64,000 nt of DNA, taken from assembly GCA_021786315.1 (NCBI GenBank), contig JAJYNN010000002.1:270997-334996 (forward strand), written 5' to 3'. Under the pieces are notes generated by a model. That model searched no databases. It was not told the DNA's origin and was given only the letters and a program-made list of their open reading frames with translations. Source of the DNA: a bacterium. GTDB taxonomy: Bacteria; Patescibacteriota; Microgenomatia; Daviesbacterales; UBA10151. A program made the position numbers and the translations under genes. Each line of letters starts with the position of its first letter. The stretch's first letter is position 1. Below are positions 10,167 through 19,623 of this stretch, piece by piece.

Positions 10167-12038
10167 ATGCCAACAAAAGAAGGAAGTAGCCCCCAACAGA
10201 TTCTGGAAGTATACGGAATGCCACCAGTGAGAAAAGAAAATTATTTTGGACGCGGCGCTATCAACCTGCTTGCTCCGTTAGACTACAAGATGAGCATGTT
10301 GATCGGGGATCCGGATAGCGAAACGGCAATTATTACGGCTTGGGGTGACCCTTGGCACGCTTTACCCGAGGATATAGTGAAGGAATGCTCGGTAGCTGCC
10401 TCTCTAAGAATTCCCTGGGGTGTGGATTTAATGCTGCACAATTTAGCCAGTAATCCCCATATTCGGAGGGTGGGAATTTATGCCGCCGGGAAAAACGACA
10501 ACACCGAAACCGGGCAGATGCCTCTGGGTATTACCCGATCTTTGTGGACTAATGGAGTAACAGATGAGGGTGGGGTTATTGGCACTGGCCATAAACTTTC
10601 TCCGGAGCTGGTAAACGACGGCGCTATTGAAGCTGTCAGAGGTGTTTTAAATAATGTGGAGCTGTGTGAGTGGAGCCATCTTTCCCCGGAGGAATTATTA
10701 CAGGAAATTCAAAGATTCCCAAAGGTTGGACCATATGGGGAGAAGGTAGTGCTTCCGGAATTTAAAATCCAGGAAGTGGATACCTGGCCATCAGAGCTGG
10801 AGGGGCTAGTGGTTCGCAGGAGAGGAGCTTTTAATGCTTGGTTGGGAATAATTTCATCTATTATGCGTTATGGGCGGGAAGCATGTTTAGAAACAGCTAC
10901 CAGTATTAAGATTAAGGAACTTCCCTTTGTTCGGGTGGTGATTGAGGGCGAGAGGCCCTTTGATGATATTCCCCAATGGGCTTTGGACCTAAAAGCAGTA
11001 TCAATCACTCCTGAGGGATTGGAAGACTATTACCAAAGAATTTTTAGACCCGAGAGGCACCTCAAGGAGATCTTTCCTGGAGTGAAAAAGTTTGAAAGGC
11101 CAAAAGAGGAGAAGTATTTGTATGGGGAGTTAATCCATGCTTTTCCTAGGGATGAAAAGTACACCCGGGCTGTGTTGGAGCTGGCAAAACAAAGCGGCAT
11201 TCAAGTTACCAGGCAATTTTTGCGGGGTCTTGCTGGAGAGGCTACCGAGCAAATGGAAGAAACTGCTGACAGTGTTATTTCGGCAAAAGATTTGGATCCA
11301 GTACAACAAGCAGAGATTTTGCTAGAGGTGTATACACCAAGAACGAATCAGGTAGCCAAGGCTATCGAAAGAATCCGCCAGATTCCTGATGATGCCGATA
11401 AAACCTTTATCCTCTGGGATCCGGAAACCCATGGGATGCAATACCGGGGCAGACCATGTCTTTTGGAAATGGGACTTTTGGTAAGAGATGGGGCAATTTC
11501 CGGAAAAGCCGTCTTCCGGACGCATGACATGGCTAAAGGCTGGTTGCTCAACGCTTATGGAATCTGGAGAACTGTTGAGGATATTTGTAAAGAAACCGGC
11601 TATAAACAAGGTCCTCTGGTCATGGAATCGGAATCAGCTCATTTCTACAAAGGCGATATCAATTGGGTTAATGAGCTTTGGCAACAAGAGGTGCTCACTA
11701 GAGATATAGCTAAGCGGTTTGATTCAGCAAAGGCTGATCCCCGCGGTAACATTGTTGTGGATATTACCCCCGATAACAGGGTAGTAGTGAAGCTGACTGA
11801 CCCAAAGAGCGGAGCTACTATTCATAAATTTGAGGAAGATTCTGCCCGAGAGGCTCTTGCCCGTTTATCTCAGGAAGAAATTATTTCTCAACCCGGACAT
11901 GGTCTAGATATTGGTTTGCAATTAGGAGTTTTGGAGGTTGCCAGAAGATTGCGGGGAAAGGGTGTTGATATAGTCTTTACGCAAGATCAACCGTTTAAAA
12001 CTTGGGGAGCAGTTGAAGCAGAAGTAATAAAGGACTAA
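10167..12038 (+). CDS. Thymidylate synthase-like protein fused to an N-terminal MtrA-like domain and a C-terminal DUF4346-like domain
   Basis: N-term GDPDSETAIIT, NLASNPHIR, NGVTDEGGVIG resemble MtrA; TS core LWDP..PCL..FRTHD..N..SAHFY; C-term DPRGN..IISQPGHGLDIG. Confidence 0.8.
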   Translation: MPTKEGSSPQQILEVYGMPPVRKENYFGRGAINLLAPLDYKMSMLIGDPDSETAIITAWGDPWHALPEDIVKECSVAASLRIPWGVDLMLHNLASNPHIRRVGIYAAGKNDNTETGQMPLGITRSLWTNGVTDEGGVIGTGHKLSPELVNDGAIEAVRGVLNNVELCEWSHLSPEELLQEIQRFPKVGPYGEKVVLPEFKIQEVDTWPSELEGLVVRRRGAFNAWLGIISSIMRYGREACLETATSIKIKELPFVRVVIEGERPFDDIPQWALDLKAVSITPEGLEDYYQRIFRPERHLKEIFPGVKKFERPKEEKYLYGELIHAFPRDEKYTRAVLELAKQSGIQVTRQFLRGLAGEATEQMEETADSVISAKDLDPVQQAEILLEVYTPRTNQVAKAIERIRQIPDDADKTFILWDPETHGMQYRGRPCLLEMGLLVRDGAISGKAVFRTHDMAKGWLLNAYGIWRTVEDICKETGYKQGPLVMESESAHFYKGDINWVNELWQQEVLTRDIAKRFDSAKADPRGNIVVDITPDNRVVVKLTDPKSGATIHKFEEDSAREALARLSQEEIISQPGHGLDIGLQLGVLEVARRLRGKGVDIVFTQDQPFKTWGAVEAEVIKD

Positions 12039-12047
12039 ACTAAAAAT

Positions 12048-12614
12048 ATGGCAGTTTTAGGACTTGATGAAGTACTTCGAAGAGTAAAAGAAGAAGGCCT
12101 CCTGGAAAATTTGGGAGACCGGGATTTAAATAACCCTGAAGGTGCGGGGTTGGATTTGCGTCTGGGAATTTTGTCCCGGATGACAGAAGGAGGGGCGTTT
12201 ATTGAAAGTGATGGGCCGGAAGGTTTAGGTAAAAGAAAGGGTGTTCAAACTGAGGTAGTTGCTGAATATAAACCAGGAGCCAAAACCCAGGAAGAAGTAG
12301 TTATTAAACCGGGTGAATATTATTTCGTTACCACTATTGAATCATTTAATGCTTCGGAAGACTTGTTATTTGTTCTTTATCCAAGAACTACTTTAATGAG
12401 AATGGGGCTTTTGCTTTTGGCCAACCGGGGAGATCCGGGATATAAGGGAACTGTTTCTATGGGTTTAGTAAATTTAAGTAAATTTGATGTCAAATTACAA
12501 ATGGGAGCCAGGGTTTGTAATGTAGTTTTCTATAAAGTAGAGGGTGAAACAGTTATGTACCGTGGCCAGCACGGCGGAAGGATAACTCCTACAGAGGTCG
12601 AACAACAAGTCTAA
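12048..12614 (+). CDS. Archaeal-type trimeric dUTPase / Dcd-like protein
   Basis: GLDLRLG, YPRTTLMRMG, DPGYKG, RVCNVVF, YRGQ; deaminase Glu absent. Confidence 0.8.
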   Translation: MAVLGLDEVLRRVKEEGLLENLGDRDLNNPEGAGLDLRLGILSRMTEGGAFIESDGPEGLGKRKGVQTEVVAEYKPGAKTQEEVVIKPGEYYFVTTIESFNASEDLLFVLYPRTTLMRMGLLLLANRGDPGYKGTVSMGLVNLSKFDVKLQMGARVCNVVFYKVEGETVMYRGQHGGRITPTEVEQQV

Positions 12615-12724
12615 GCCCCAAGAAAGAGACCATCTTGTAGTAAAAACTACCCTGTTGACAAGAATTCCCAAAAGCTGCTACGTTTAAATGTACTGATCTG
12701 CTCCTGGCAGATTTTTTGTGATTT

Positions 12725-12985
12725 ATGGAATCTGAATCGAAAATTGGACGGGAACAAAATAATAAAAATAATAACGGAACGGAAAGCATTCCGTCTAAAG
12801 CCCTTTATCCTGATAAAGGTGGACACTTTTTAAGAAGCCAATACTGGAAAGCGATGAAACTAATCGACCGCTCTTCTGAGCCCAGTTTCCGTTCAATGGT
12901 AACTGTTCCTGTTACTCCAGCAGATGTTAGCTGGCAAAGAAGAAGGTTCATGCCGCGCCATGGTATTAATGACGGTAGGCATTGA
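12725..12985 (+). CDS. Hypothetical protein
   Basis: ATG ORF filling the gap, upstream TTGACA; no recognisable motif. Confidence 0.4.
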   Translation: MESESKIGREQNNKNNNGTESIPSKALYPDKGGHFLRSQYWKAMKLIDRSSEPSFRSMVTVPVTPADVSWQRRRFMPRHGINDGRH

Positions 12986-13010
12986 CTTAAATCAAGGAAG
13001 CAGTTAGAAT
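12982..13010 (+). promoter_or_regulatory. sigma70 promoter of rpsB-tsf
   Basis: TTGACT-N17-TAGAAT. Confidence 0.7.
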
Positions 13011-13079
13011 ATCTGCAGTAAACATCTATTACTAGAGTTTTCCTGAATCCACTGGTAATAGAGAAGTCTAAGGAAAACG

Positions 13080-13904
13080 ATGAGTATTTCAGTTCCTTCA
13101 ATGCAGGATTTGTTAGAAGCGGGTGTTCATTTTGGACACCAGGTCCGCCGTGGCCACCCCAGGATGAAAGAGTTTATCTTTGGTGCCCGCGAAGGTGTCC
13201 ACATCATTAACCTGGAACACTCCGAGAAACTTTTACAGGAAGCTGCAGATTATGTTAATAAATTGGGGGCTGAGGGCAAGGTTATCCTTTTTGTGGGGAC
13301 CAAAAAACAAGCCCAGCCAATTATTAAAGAAGCAGCCGAAAAATGTAACGCTCCTTATGTTGATATCAAATGGATTGGCGGGTTCTTAACCAACTTTGAC
13401 GAAATCCGCAAGAATGTTAAAAAGCTTAATGATTTGGCAGAAAAAACCGAAAAAGGTGAATTAGTCCGTACTAAGAAAGAGCAGCTCTTGATTTCCAAGA
13501 AGCTGGAAAAGTTTGGCAAGGAATGGGGTGGAATTGCCAACATGGACAAGCTTCCGGATGCTTTGTTTATTGTCGATTGCGTGATGGAAAAGACTGCTGT
13601 TTTAGAGGCCAACAGGATGGAAATCCCGGTCATCGGCATTGCGGATTCCAACTGTAACCCGGCTCTTTTGGCCTTCCCGATTCCCGGAAACGATGATGCT
13701 ACCAAATCAATCAAGATTATTGTGGATGCTATCGCCGATGCTTATTCCCAAGGGTTAAAAGCTGCCGGGAAAGCGGCTGAAGCCAAGAAGAAAGAAGAAG
13801 AGGCTAAAGAAGAGAAAGCTGACGCTTCAATCGAAGCTGATGTGGAAGATGCTGAGGTGGCTGTAGAACAAGAAGCGGTTGAAGAAGCGAAAAGAGAAGT
13901 TTAA
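13080..13904 (+). CDS. rpsB: 30S ribosomal protein S2
   Basis: LLEAGVHFGHQ, ILFVGTK, WIGGFLTN, IPGNDDA. Confidence 0.97.
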   Translation: MSISVPSMQDLLEAGVHFGHQVRRGHPRMKEFIFGAREGVHIINLEHSEKLLQEAADYVNKLGAEGKVILFVGTKKQAQPIIKEAAEKCNAPYVDIKWIGGFLTNFDEIRKNVKKLNDLAEKTEKGELVRTKKEQLLISKKLEKFGKEWGGIANMDKLPDALFIVDCVMEKTAVLEANRMEIPVIGIADSNCNPALLAFPIPGNDDATKSIKIIVDAIADAYSQGLKAAGKAAEAKKKEEEAKEEKADASIEADVEDAEVAVEQEAVEEAKREV

Positions 13905-13914
13905 GATTAATAAG

Positions 13915-14370
13915 ATGGCTATTTCCACAGAAGATATCAAGAAATTACGGGAAGAAACGGGAGCCGGGATTGCGGACTGCAAAGAAGCCTTAACTGAATC
14001 CGATGGTGATATGGCCAAAGCCAAAGAATGGTTAAAGCAAAAAGGTTTTGACCGGGCCGCTAAAAAATCCGAAAGGGAAGTCAAATCCGGAGTTGTCGAA
14101 GTTTATTCCCACGGTGGCAGGGTTGGTGTAGTTGTGGAGGTGCTTTGTGAAACCGACTTTGTGGCCAAAACGGAAGATTTTAAGAACTTAGCTCACGAAA
14201 TTGCCTTGCAAATTGCTTCCATGAACCCGGAAGACAAAGAGGCGCTGCTTGCCCAGGAATATATCCGGGATAACAGCCAAACCATCTCCGACATGATAAA
14301 ATCAGTGGTAGGAAAGCTCGGAGAAAATATCCAAATCGGAAAGTTTTGCCGGGTAGTTCTCGGAGAGTGA
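13915..14370 (+). CDS. tsf: Elongation factor Ts (short form)
   Basis: IKKLREETGAGIADCKEAL, CETDFVAK; start set at ATG 13915. Confidence 0.95.
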   Translation: MAISTEDIKKLREETGAGIADCKEALTESDGDMAKAKEWLKQKGFDRAAKKSEREVKSGVVEVYSHGGRVGVVVEVLCETDFVAKTEDFKNLAHEIALQIASMNPEDKEALLAQEYIRDNSQTISDMIKSVVGKLGENIQIGKFCRVVLGE

Positions 14371-14419
14371 CTAGATTTAGGATTTAAGATCTTAATTCCT
14401 AAACCCTAATTCTTAATTC
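14371..14419. repeat. Heptamer-repeat hairpin element (GATTTAG/CTAAATC type)
   Basis: Tandem 7-mers followed by their reverse complements; related copies at 946, 14971 and 24341. Confidence 0.7.
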
Positions 14420-14974
14420 ATGGATAATGTTTTAATCGAAGCCAATAATAGAATCCAACAAGCATTGGAGCATCTCAAAAAGGATTTGTCTACCATTCGG
14501 GCCGGTCGTGCCAACCCCACTTTAATTGAAGAAGTCCCGGTCAATGTTTATGGTTCCCGGATGAAGCTTGTGGAATTGGGGACCATTTCCGCCCCACAGC
14601 CTTCGCTTTTGACTGTCCAAATTTGGGATGCCAGTGTTGTCCAGGATGTTTTGAAATCCTTACAGGAAGCCAATTTAGGCTTAAATCCTTCTGTCGAAGG
14701 CCAGACTATCAGGCTGCCTATCCCCCCGCTGACTGCCGAAAGAAGGGAAGAGTTTATTAAACTAGCCCATCAAAAAATGGAGGGTGCAAGAATTGAAATC
14801 AGACAAATCCGTCAGGATGTCCGCGAGGAATGGAAGAAAGCTGAAGATGATAAAGAGTTTGGCGAAGATGAGTTTGAGAGAAGAAGTAAACTGCTTCAGG
14901 AGCTGATTGATAAATCTAGTGGGCAGATTGATGAACTAGGTAAGGCAAAAGAGGAAGAGCTATCACAAGTCTAG
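14420..14974 (+). CDS. frr: Ribosome recycling factor
   Basis: IRAGRANP, LGLNPSVEG, IPPLTAERR. Confidence 0.96.
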   Translation: MDNVLIEANNRIQQALEHLKKDLSTIRAGRANPTLIEEVPVNVYGSRMKLVELGTISAPQPSLLTVQIWDASVVQDVLKSLQEANLGLNPSVEGQTIRLPIPPLTAERREEFIKLAHQKMEGARIEIRQIRQDVREEWKKAEDDKEFGEDEFERRSKLLQELIDKSSGQIDELGKAKEEELSQV

Positions 14975-15038
14975 ATTTAAGAATGTAGATTTAAGATTTA
15001 AGAATAATTCCTAAATCCTAATTCCTAAATCCTAAATC
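14971..15038. repeat. Heptamer-repeat hairpin element
   Basis: (GATTTAA)n then (TCCTAAA/TCCTAAT)n; first 35 nt match 946-980 at 32/35. Confidence 0.75.
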
Positions 15039-16166
15039 ATGGTTATTACAATAATTGTTTTTATTCTCACGCTTTTAATTTTGGTCATCTCTCATGAATT
15101 TGGGCATTTTATTACGGCCAAAAAGTTTGGTATCAAAGTTTTGGAATTTGGTTTTGGGCTGCCTCCAAAAATCTGGGGTAAAAAGGTTGGGGAAACCTTA
15201 GTTTCTATTAACTGGCTGCCTTTGGGCGGCTTTGTTCGTTTGTTTGGAGAAGACGAAGTGGACAAAAAGGTTCTAAAAAATGAACGCTCTTTTGCGGCAA
15301 AACCAGTTGGCCAAAGGATTGTGGTGGTTGTTGCCGGAGTGGCGATGAACTTTCTTCTGGCAGCCCTAATCTTTTGGGTTGTCCTTTTTGCCGAAGGGTT
15401 CCGTGAACAAGTGCCGCTTTTAACCCCGTACCATTTTGTGGGGGTTAACCAGACCGATGAGACGCTTGTTTTGGTTGGTGGAGTGGCAAAAGATTCTCCG
15501 GCGGGGGCAGCGGGCATTAAGCCTGGAGACCAGATATTAAAGTTTGACAGTACGGCAATTACCGGCAGCGAACAGTTGATGTCTTTAACCAAAGCCCACG
15601 CCGACCAGCCGGTAAACCTGACTTTACAGGATCCGGAAAGGAACCAAAGGGAAGTGACAGTTACTCCCCGGGGCAATCCTCCGGCAGGTCAGGGTGCCTT
15701 GGGGGTAGAAATTGGTTCGGTAACGGTGGCCAATTTGAATTACCAGAGCTTTCCCCAGCGGCTTTTTTCCGGTATCACCCACAGCTATAACTTGGGTTCG
15801 TACTCGCTGACTGTTTTGGGGAGGTTTATTGGGGAAGCTATTTCCAGCCGGAATGTTGCTCCTGTTGCCGGTTCGGTATCCGGGCCTGTAGGGATTACCA
15901 ACATTGCCGGCATGATTTTACAAAGTAAATCACCACTGCTTCCTTATCTAAGTTTTATAGCTATGCTTTCCTTGAACTTAGCAATGATTAATATTTTGCC
16001 TTTTCCGGCTTTGGATGGGGGAAGGCTGGTATTTTTGGTGGTTGAGCTTATAACCAGGAGGCGGGTGAAAGCTGAGGTTGAAAGATGGGTACACACAATT
16101 GGTATGGTTATCCTTATTGCTTTGATTGTTTTGGTGACTTTTTCCGATATTAAAAAATTCTTCTAA
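15039..16166 (+). CDS. rseP: RseP-like site-2 (M50) metalloprotease with PDZ domain
   Basis: HEFGH, LPLGGFVRL, NILPFPALDGG; one PDZ domain. Confidence 0.93.
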   Translation: MVITIIVFILTLLILVISHEFGHFITAKKFGIKVLEFGFGLPPKIWGKKVGETLVSINWLPLGGFVRLFGEDEVDKKVLKNERSFAAKPVGQRIVVVVAGVAMNFLLAALIFWVVLFAEGFREQVPLLTPYHFVGVNQTDETLVLVGGVAKDSPAGAAGIKPGDQILKFDSTAITGSEQLMSLTKAHADQPVNLTLQDPERNQREVTVTPRGNPPAGQGALGVEIGSVTVANLNYQSFPQRLFSGITHSYNLGSYSLTVLGRFIGEAISSRNVAPVAGSVSGPVGITNIAGMILQSKSPLLPYLSFIAMLSLNLAMINILPFPALDGGRLVFLVVELITRRRVKAEVERWVHTIGMVILIALIVLVTFSDIKKFF

Positions 16167-16227
16167 GCCCGTTGTGGGATCCCTAACTGCTCAATTTTCT
16201 GCTTTGAGGTATTATTGGCATCTGTCC

Positions 16228-16488
16228 ATGAAAAATGAGAAGCTGCCTGAGAATAACCCTGAAGAATTACAAAGAGAGGATATGACCAAAAGGATGGGTC
16301 TGCTTTTGGTTTGGGCCCAATCAGTCAAGACTATTGCTGACCAAATAGAAACTGAATTGGGAGGGGCGGGGATTCCGGTAATCAAGGAATACAAACTTGC
16401 ATCCTACAAATTGGCATTAGATCTATCGATGAATGCACAAATTTTGCGTAAGGCTTTAGGATCTACTGAGGTTTATTCGGGAGGTTGA
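16228..16488 (+). CDS. Hypothetical protein
   Basis: Helical-looking ORF; ATG 16228 preferred to upstream GTG. Confidence 0.5.
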   Translation: MKNEKLPENNPEELQREDMTKRMGLLLVWAQSVKTIADQIETELGGAGIPVIKEYKLASYKLALDLSMNAQILRKALGSTEVYSGG

Positions 16489-16513
16489 ACGGATATAGTA
16501 CCTGTGTTAGGAT
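16485..16513 (+). promoter_or_regulatory. sigma70 promoter of the T-box/proS transcript
   Basis: TTGAAC-N17-TAGGAT with extended -10 TG. Confidence 0.6.
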
Positions 16514-16525
16514 ATATTTAAGAAA

Positions 16526-16662
16526 GGCTGCGAAGGAGTTTCCCGCTCCGGAGTCGCATACGAGGAGTATTGCCGGAGGTTCCGTAATAACCAAAAATGA
16601 GAAGCAACTAAGGTGGTACCACGAGAGCACCTCGTCCTTGGATTAAAGGAGGGTGCTTTTTT
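16526..16662 (+). promoter_or_regulatory. T-box riboswitch (Pro, ultra-short Stem I, transcriptional)
   Basis: K-turn Stem I with TTTCCCG loop; IIA/B pseudoknot; antiterminator AAGG-TGGTACC-ACGAG..CTCGT-CCTT; terminator AGCACC..GGTGCT plus U-tract; upstream of proS. Confidence 0.9.
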
Positions 16663-16676
16663 GTTACACTAAAAAT

Positions 16677-18116
16677 ATGGCAAACCAGGGTAAATACATT
16701 ACTAAAAAAAGTGAAAACTTGTCTGATTGGTATAACGATGTGATTATTGCAGCTAAACTGGCTGAACACGGCCCTGTCCGCGGGACAATGATTATCCGCC
16801 CTTATGGATATGCCATCTGGGAGGCGATTCAAAAAAATTTAGACACTCGGATCAAAGATTTAGGCGCTGAAAATGCATATTTCCCAATGTTTATTCCTTA
16901 TTCTTTTTTGGAAAGGGAAAAGGATCACGTCGAGGGATTTTCGCCGGAGCTGGCTGTAGTGACCCACGCTGGCGGGGAAAAGTTGCCTGAGCCGCTGGTA
17001 GTCCGTCCAACTTCGGAAACAATTATTTATGATGCCTTCTCCCGTTGGATTCAATCCTACCGTGACTTGCCTTTGACGGTTAACCAGTGGAGTAATGTAG
17101 TGCGCTGGGAGAAACGCCCGTATCTGTTTTTAAGGACAACTGAATTTTTGTGGCAAGAAGGCCATAGCGCTCATAAAAGTAACGAGGAGTCACAAGAGTT
17201 GGTAGAGCAGGCCTTAAAGATGTACGTCGAAACTTATCAGGACGACTTGGCCTTATTCGGTTATGCAGGAAGAAAATCTGAAAGTGAAAAATTTGCCGGC
17301 GCTGTTGCTACCTATTCTTATGAAATGCTGATGCCGGATGGTAAAGCTTTACAGGGCTGCACTTCCCACAACTTAGGCCAAAATTTCTCCAAAGTCTTTA
17401 ATGTTAAATACCAAACTGAAAAAGGCCAGGAAGACTTAGTCTGGCAAAATTCCTGGGGTTTTACTACCCGCTCTATTGGCGGTTTGATTATGGCCCACGG
17501 AGATGATAACGGCTTAATTTTGCCTCCAGGTGTGGCTCCTATCCAGGTAAAAATTATTCCGATTGTGACCAAGAACTCTGACAATAAAGAAATTGAGGCA
17601 TTAGCCCAAAAAGCTTTTGCTGTTTTGGAAGGCCGGGATATCCGGGTGCGGATTGATAATAGCGATGCTTCCCCGGGCTGGAAATTTAACCAGGCGGATT
17701 TAGAGGGGGTGTCCCTCCGGGTTGAAATTGGAGCGACGGAAGCCAAAGAAGGAAAAGTTAGGGTGGTGAGGCGTGATAATAAGGAAAGTTTTCTCTTGAA
17801 CCCCCAGGAATTAGGGGACCAGGTAGATGAGATCTTGGCTAAAATGCAAAGTGACCTTTTGGAAAGGTCCAAGAAGTTTACCCTGGAAAATACCCGGGAA
17901 GCCCGGACTTACCCTGATTTTAAAGAGATTATGAATACCACCAAAGGGTTTATCAAGGCTTTTTGGTGTGAGGACCCGCATTGTGAGGAGATGATTAAAG
18001 AGGAAACTAAGGCTTCAACCAGGTGTTTGCCTTTGGGTTCGGAACCTTCAGAAGGGGTTTGTATTTATTGTCAAAAACCGGCAAAATTCCAGTGGCTGTT
18101 TGCCCAATCATATTAA
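16677..18116 (+). CDS. proS: Proline--tRNA ligase (archaeal/eukaryote type)
   Basis: HVEGFSPE, VRPTSET, FLRTTEFLWQEGH, SHNLGQNF; C-terminal Zn site and terminal Tyr. Confidence 0.96.
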   Translation: MANQGKYITKKSENLSDWYNDVIIAAKLAEHGPVRGTMIIRPYGYAIWEAIQKNLDTRIKDLGAENAYFPMFIPYSFLEREKDHVEGFSPELAVVTHAGGEKLPEPLVVRPTSETIIYDAFSRWIQSYRDLPLTVNQWSNVVRWEKRPYLFLRTTEFLWQEGHSAHKSNEESQELVEQALKMYVETYQDDLALFGYAGRKSESEKFAGAVATYSYEMLMPDGKALQGCTSHNLGQNFSKVFNVKYQTEKGQEDLVWQNSWGFTTRSIGGLIMAHGDDNGLILPPGVAPIQVKIIPIVTKNSDNKEIEALAQKAFAVLEGRDIRVRIDNSDASPGWKFNQADLEGVSLRVEIGATEAKEGKVRVVRRDNKESFLLNPQELGDQVDEILAKMQSDLLERSKKFTLENTREARTYPDFKEIMNTTKGFIKAFWCEDPHCEEMIKEETKASTRCLPLGSEPSEGVCIYCQKPAKFQWLFAQSY

Positions 18117-18157
18117 CATTTGTTTTATTCTTTCTGCTAAGTTAGAATTCTTATTCT

Positions 18158-18454
18158 ATGGAAAGCGCTAACTGTAGAATAAACCCTAATAAAGTTTGCC
18201 AACCTGGAGAGTTTGCTGACAATAAAACGGCTTGCTGTGTGAGAAGATGTCTAGAGGTTAAATCGATTTTCCGAAAAGGAGGAGGATTTTCCCCGCAAGA
18301 AGAGATAAAAATTGCAATGAAAAAAGTAGGATTTGCAGGATATGAGGTAGAAAGAGCCCTGGATTATTTACATAGATCTAAACATGTAGAGTTCAAAAAG
18401 GGCGGAAACGGTGCAAGAACGTGGGGGTTGGTAAATAGAGCTATAAATGAATAA
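18158..18454 (+). CDS. Hypothetical protein, Cys-rich N-terminus, possible winged helix
   Basis: Five Cys in the N-terminal third; VERALDYLHRSKHVE..W pattern. Confidence 0.55.
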   Translation: MESANCRINPNKVCQPGEFADNKTACCVRRCLEVKSIFRKGGGFSPQEEIKIAMKKVGFAGYEVERALDYLHRSKHVEFKKGGNGARTWGLVNRAINE

Positions 18455-18499
18455 TCAATCATTGATTTTAAGCTCAACTTCTGGTAAATTACTCTAGAT

Positions 18500-19600
18500 A
18501 TGATTTCTAAAAATATTGTTAAACAACCCAAGAGCATTGTTGAAGTTCAGGTGACTGTTCCCTGGGCAGATTTAGAACCCAAATGGAATGAAGTTTTAAA
18601 CAGGTTAGCCCAGGAAGTAGAAATTTCCGGTTTCAGAAAAGGCCAGGCTCCTTTAAATATGGTTGAGCAGCAACTGGGTAATAAACTTCAGGATGAGTTT
18701 TTCCGGACAGTCTTTCCACAATACTTAGTTGAAGCTTTACAGGGTTCAAACATTGTCCCGATTGATTATCCAAGATACCAATTGGTTTCATTTGCCAAGG
18801 GTCAGCAATTGGTCTTTAAGGCTCAGGTGACTGAAAAGCCGGAAGTAAAGATTGGTGAATATAAAACCATTGGTGTCCAAAGGCCGGCTCTAAAAACTGT
18901 TTCTGAGGATGAAGTAAATAAGTTAGTTGATGATTTGTTCAAGAGATGGAAGGTCAGGCAGCCTGAGGGCAATCAGCCGCAAAACCAGGGAGCCGGCTCC
19001 GGATCCATGTCCTTTAATCAGCCTTCGGGATTAGTTGATGCCCAGGGTAATCCTTTATCGGTTACCACCAGCGAGACCCCGGATGACAACTTTGCCAAAG
19101 CTGTTGGGGCTCAAAGTTTAGCCGACCTAAAAGAGAAAATTAAGACCGACCTTTCTAATGAAGCCAAGTTCAACAATGAATTGGATTTTGAGGAAGCAAT
19201 TTTGCAACAGGTAGAAAAAATTACTACCGTTGACGTGCCGGAAATTCTAATTGAGGATGAATTAAACAGGATGTTGGTCTCTTTGCAAAAAAGAGTTTCC
19301 GACATGGGGCTTTTGGTTGAGGAATACCTTAAGGGGCAGGGTGAAACTGTTGAGGGCTTGAAAACTAAGTGGAGAGAACAGGCGGAAAAGAATGTCCGGA
19401 TGGAGTTAGGTTTGGCGGAAATTGCTCGCCAGGAAAAAGTCGAAATCACCGATGCTGAGTTGCAGGCTGAAATAGACAAGATCCAGGATGCAAAACTTAA
19501 AGCCCAATTTGAGGCCCAGGAGCCGAGGCTTCATCTTCGCCATTCCTTGCGGCAGATGAGAACCCTCGATCTTTTAAAGACCCTCGTCAAAACTGCCTAG
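18500..19600 (+). CDS. tig: Trigger factor lacking most of the FKBP domain
   Basis: ISGFRKGQAP ribosome-binding motif; C-terminal chaperone domain; central domain replaced by short low-complexity linker. Confidence 0.9.
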   Translation: MISKNIVKQPKSIVEVQVTVPWADLEPKWNEVLNRLAQEVEISGFRKGQAPLNMVEQQLGNKLQDEFFRTVFPQYLVEALQGSNIVPIDYPRYQLVSFAKGQQLVFKAQVTEKPEVKIGEYKTIGVQRPALKTVSEDEVNKLVDDLFKRWKVRQPEGNQPQNQGAGSGSMSFNQPSGLVDAQGNPLSVTTSETPDDNFAKAVGAQSLADLKEKIKTDLSNEAKFNNELDFEEAILQQVEKITTVDVPEILIEDELNRMLVSLQKRVSDMGLLVEEYLKGQGETVEGLKTKWREQAEKNVRMELGLAEIARQEKVEITDAELQAEIDKIQDAKLKAQFEAQEPRLHLRHSLRQMRTLDLLKTLVKTA

Positions 19601-19623
19601 ATAGTGGTACAATATCCCGGAAA

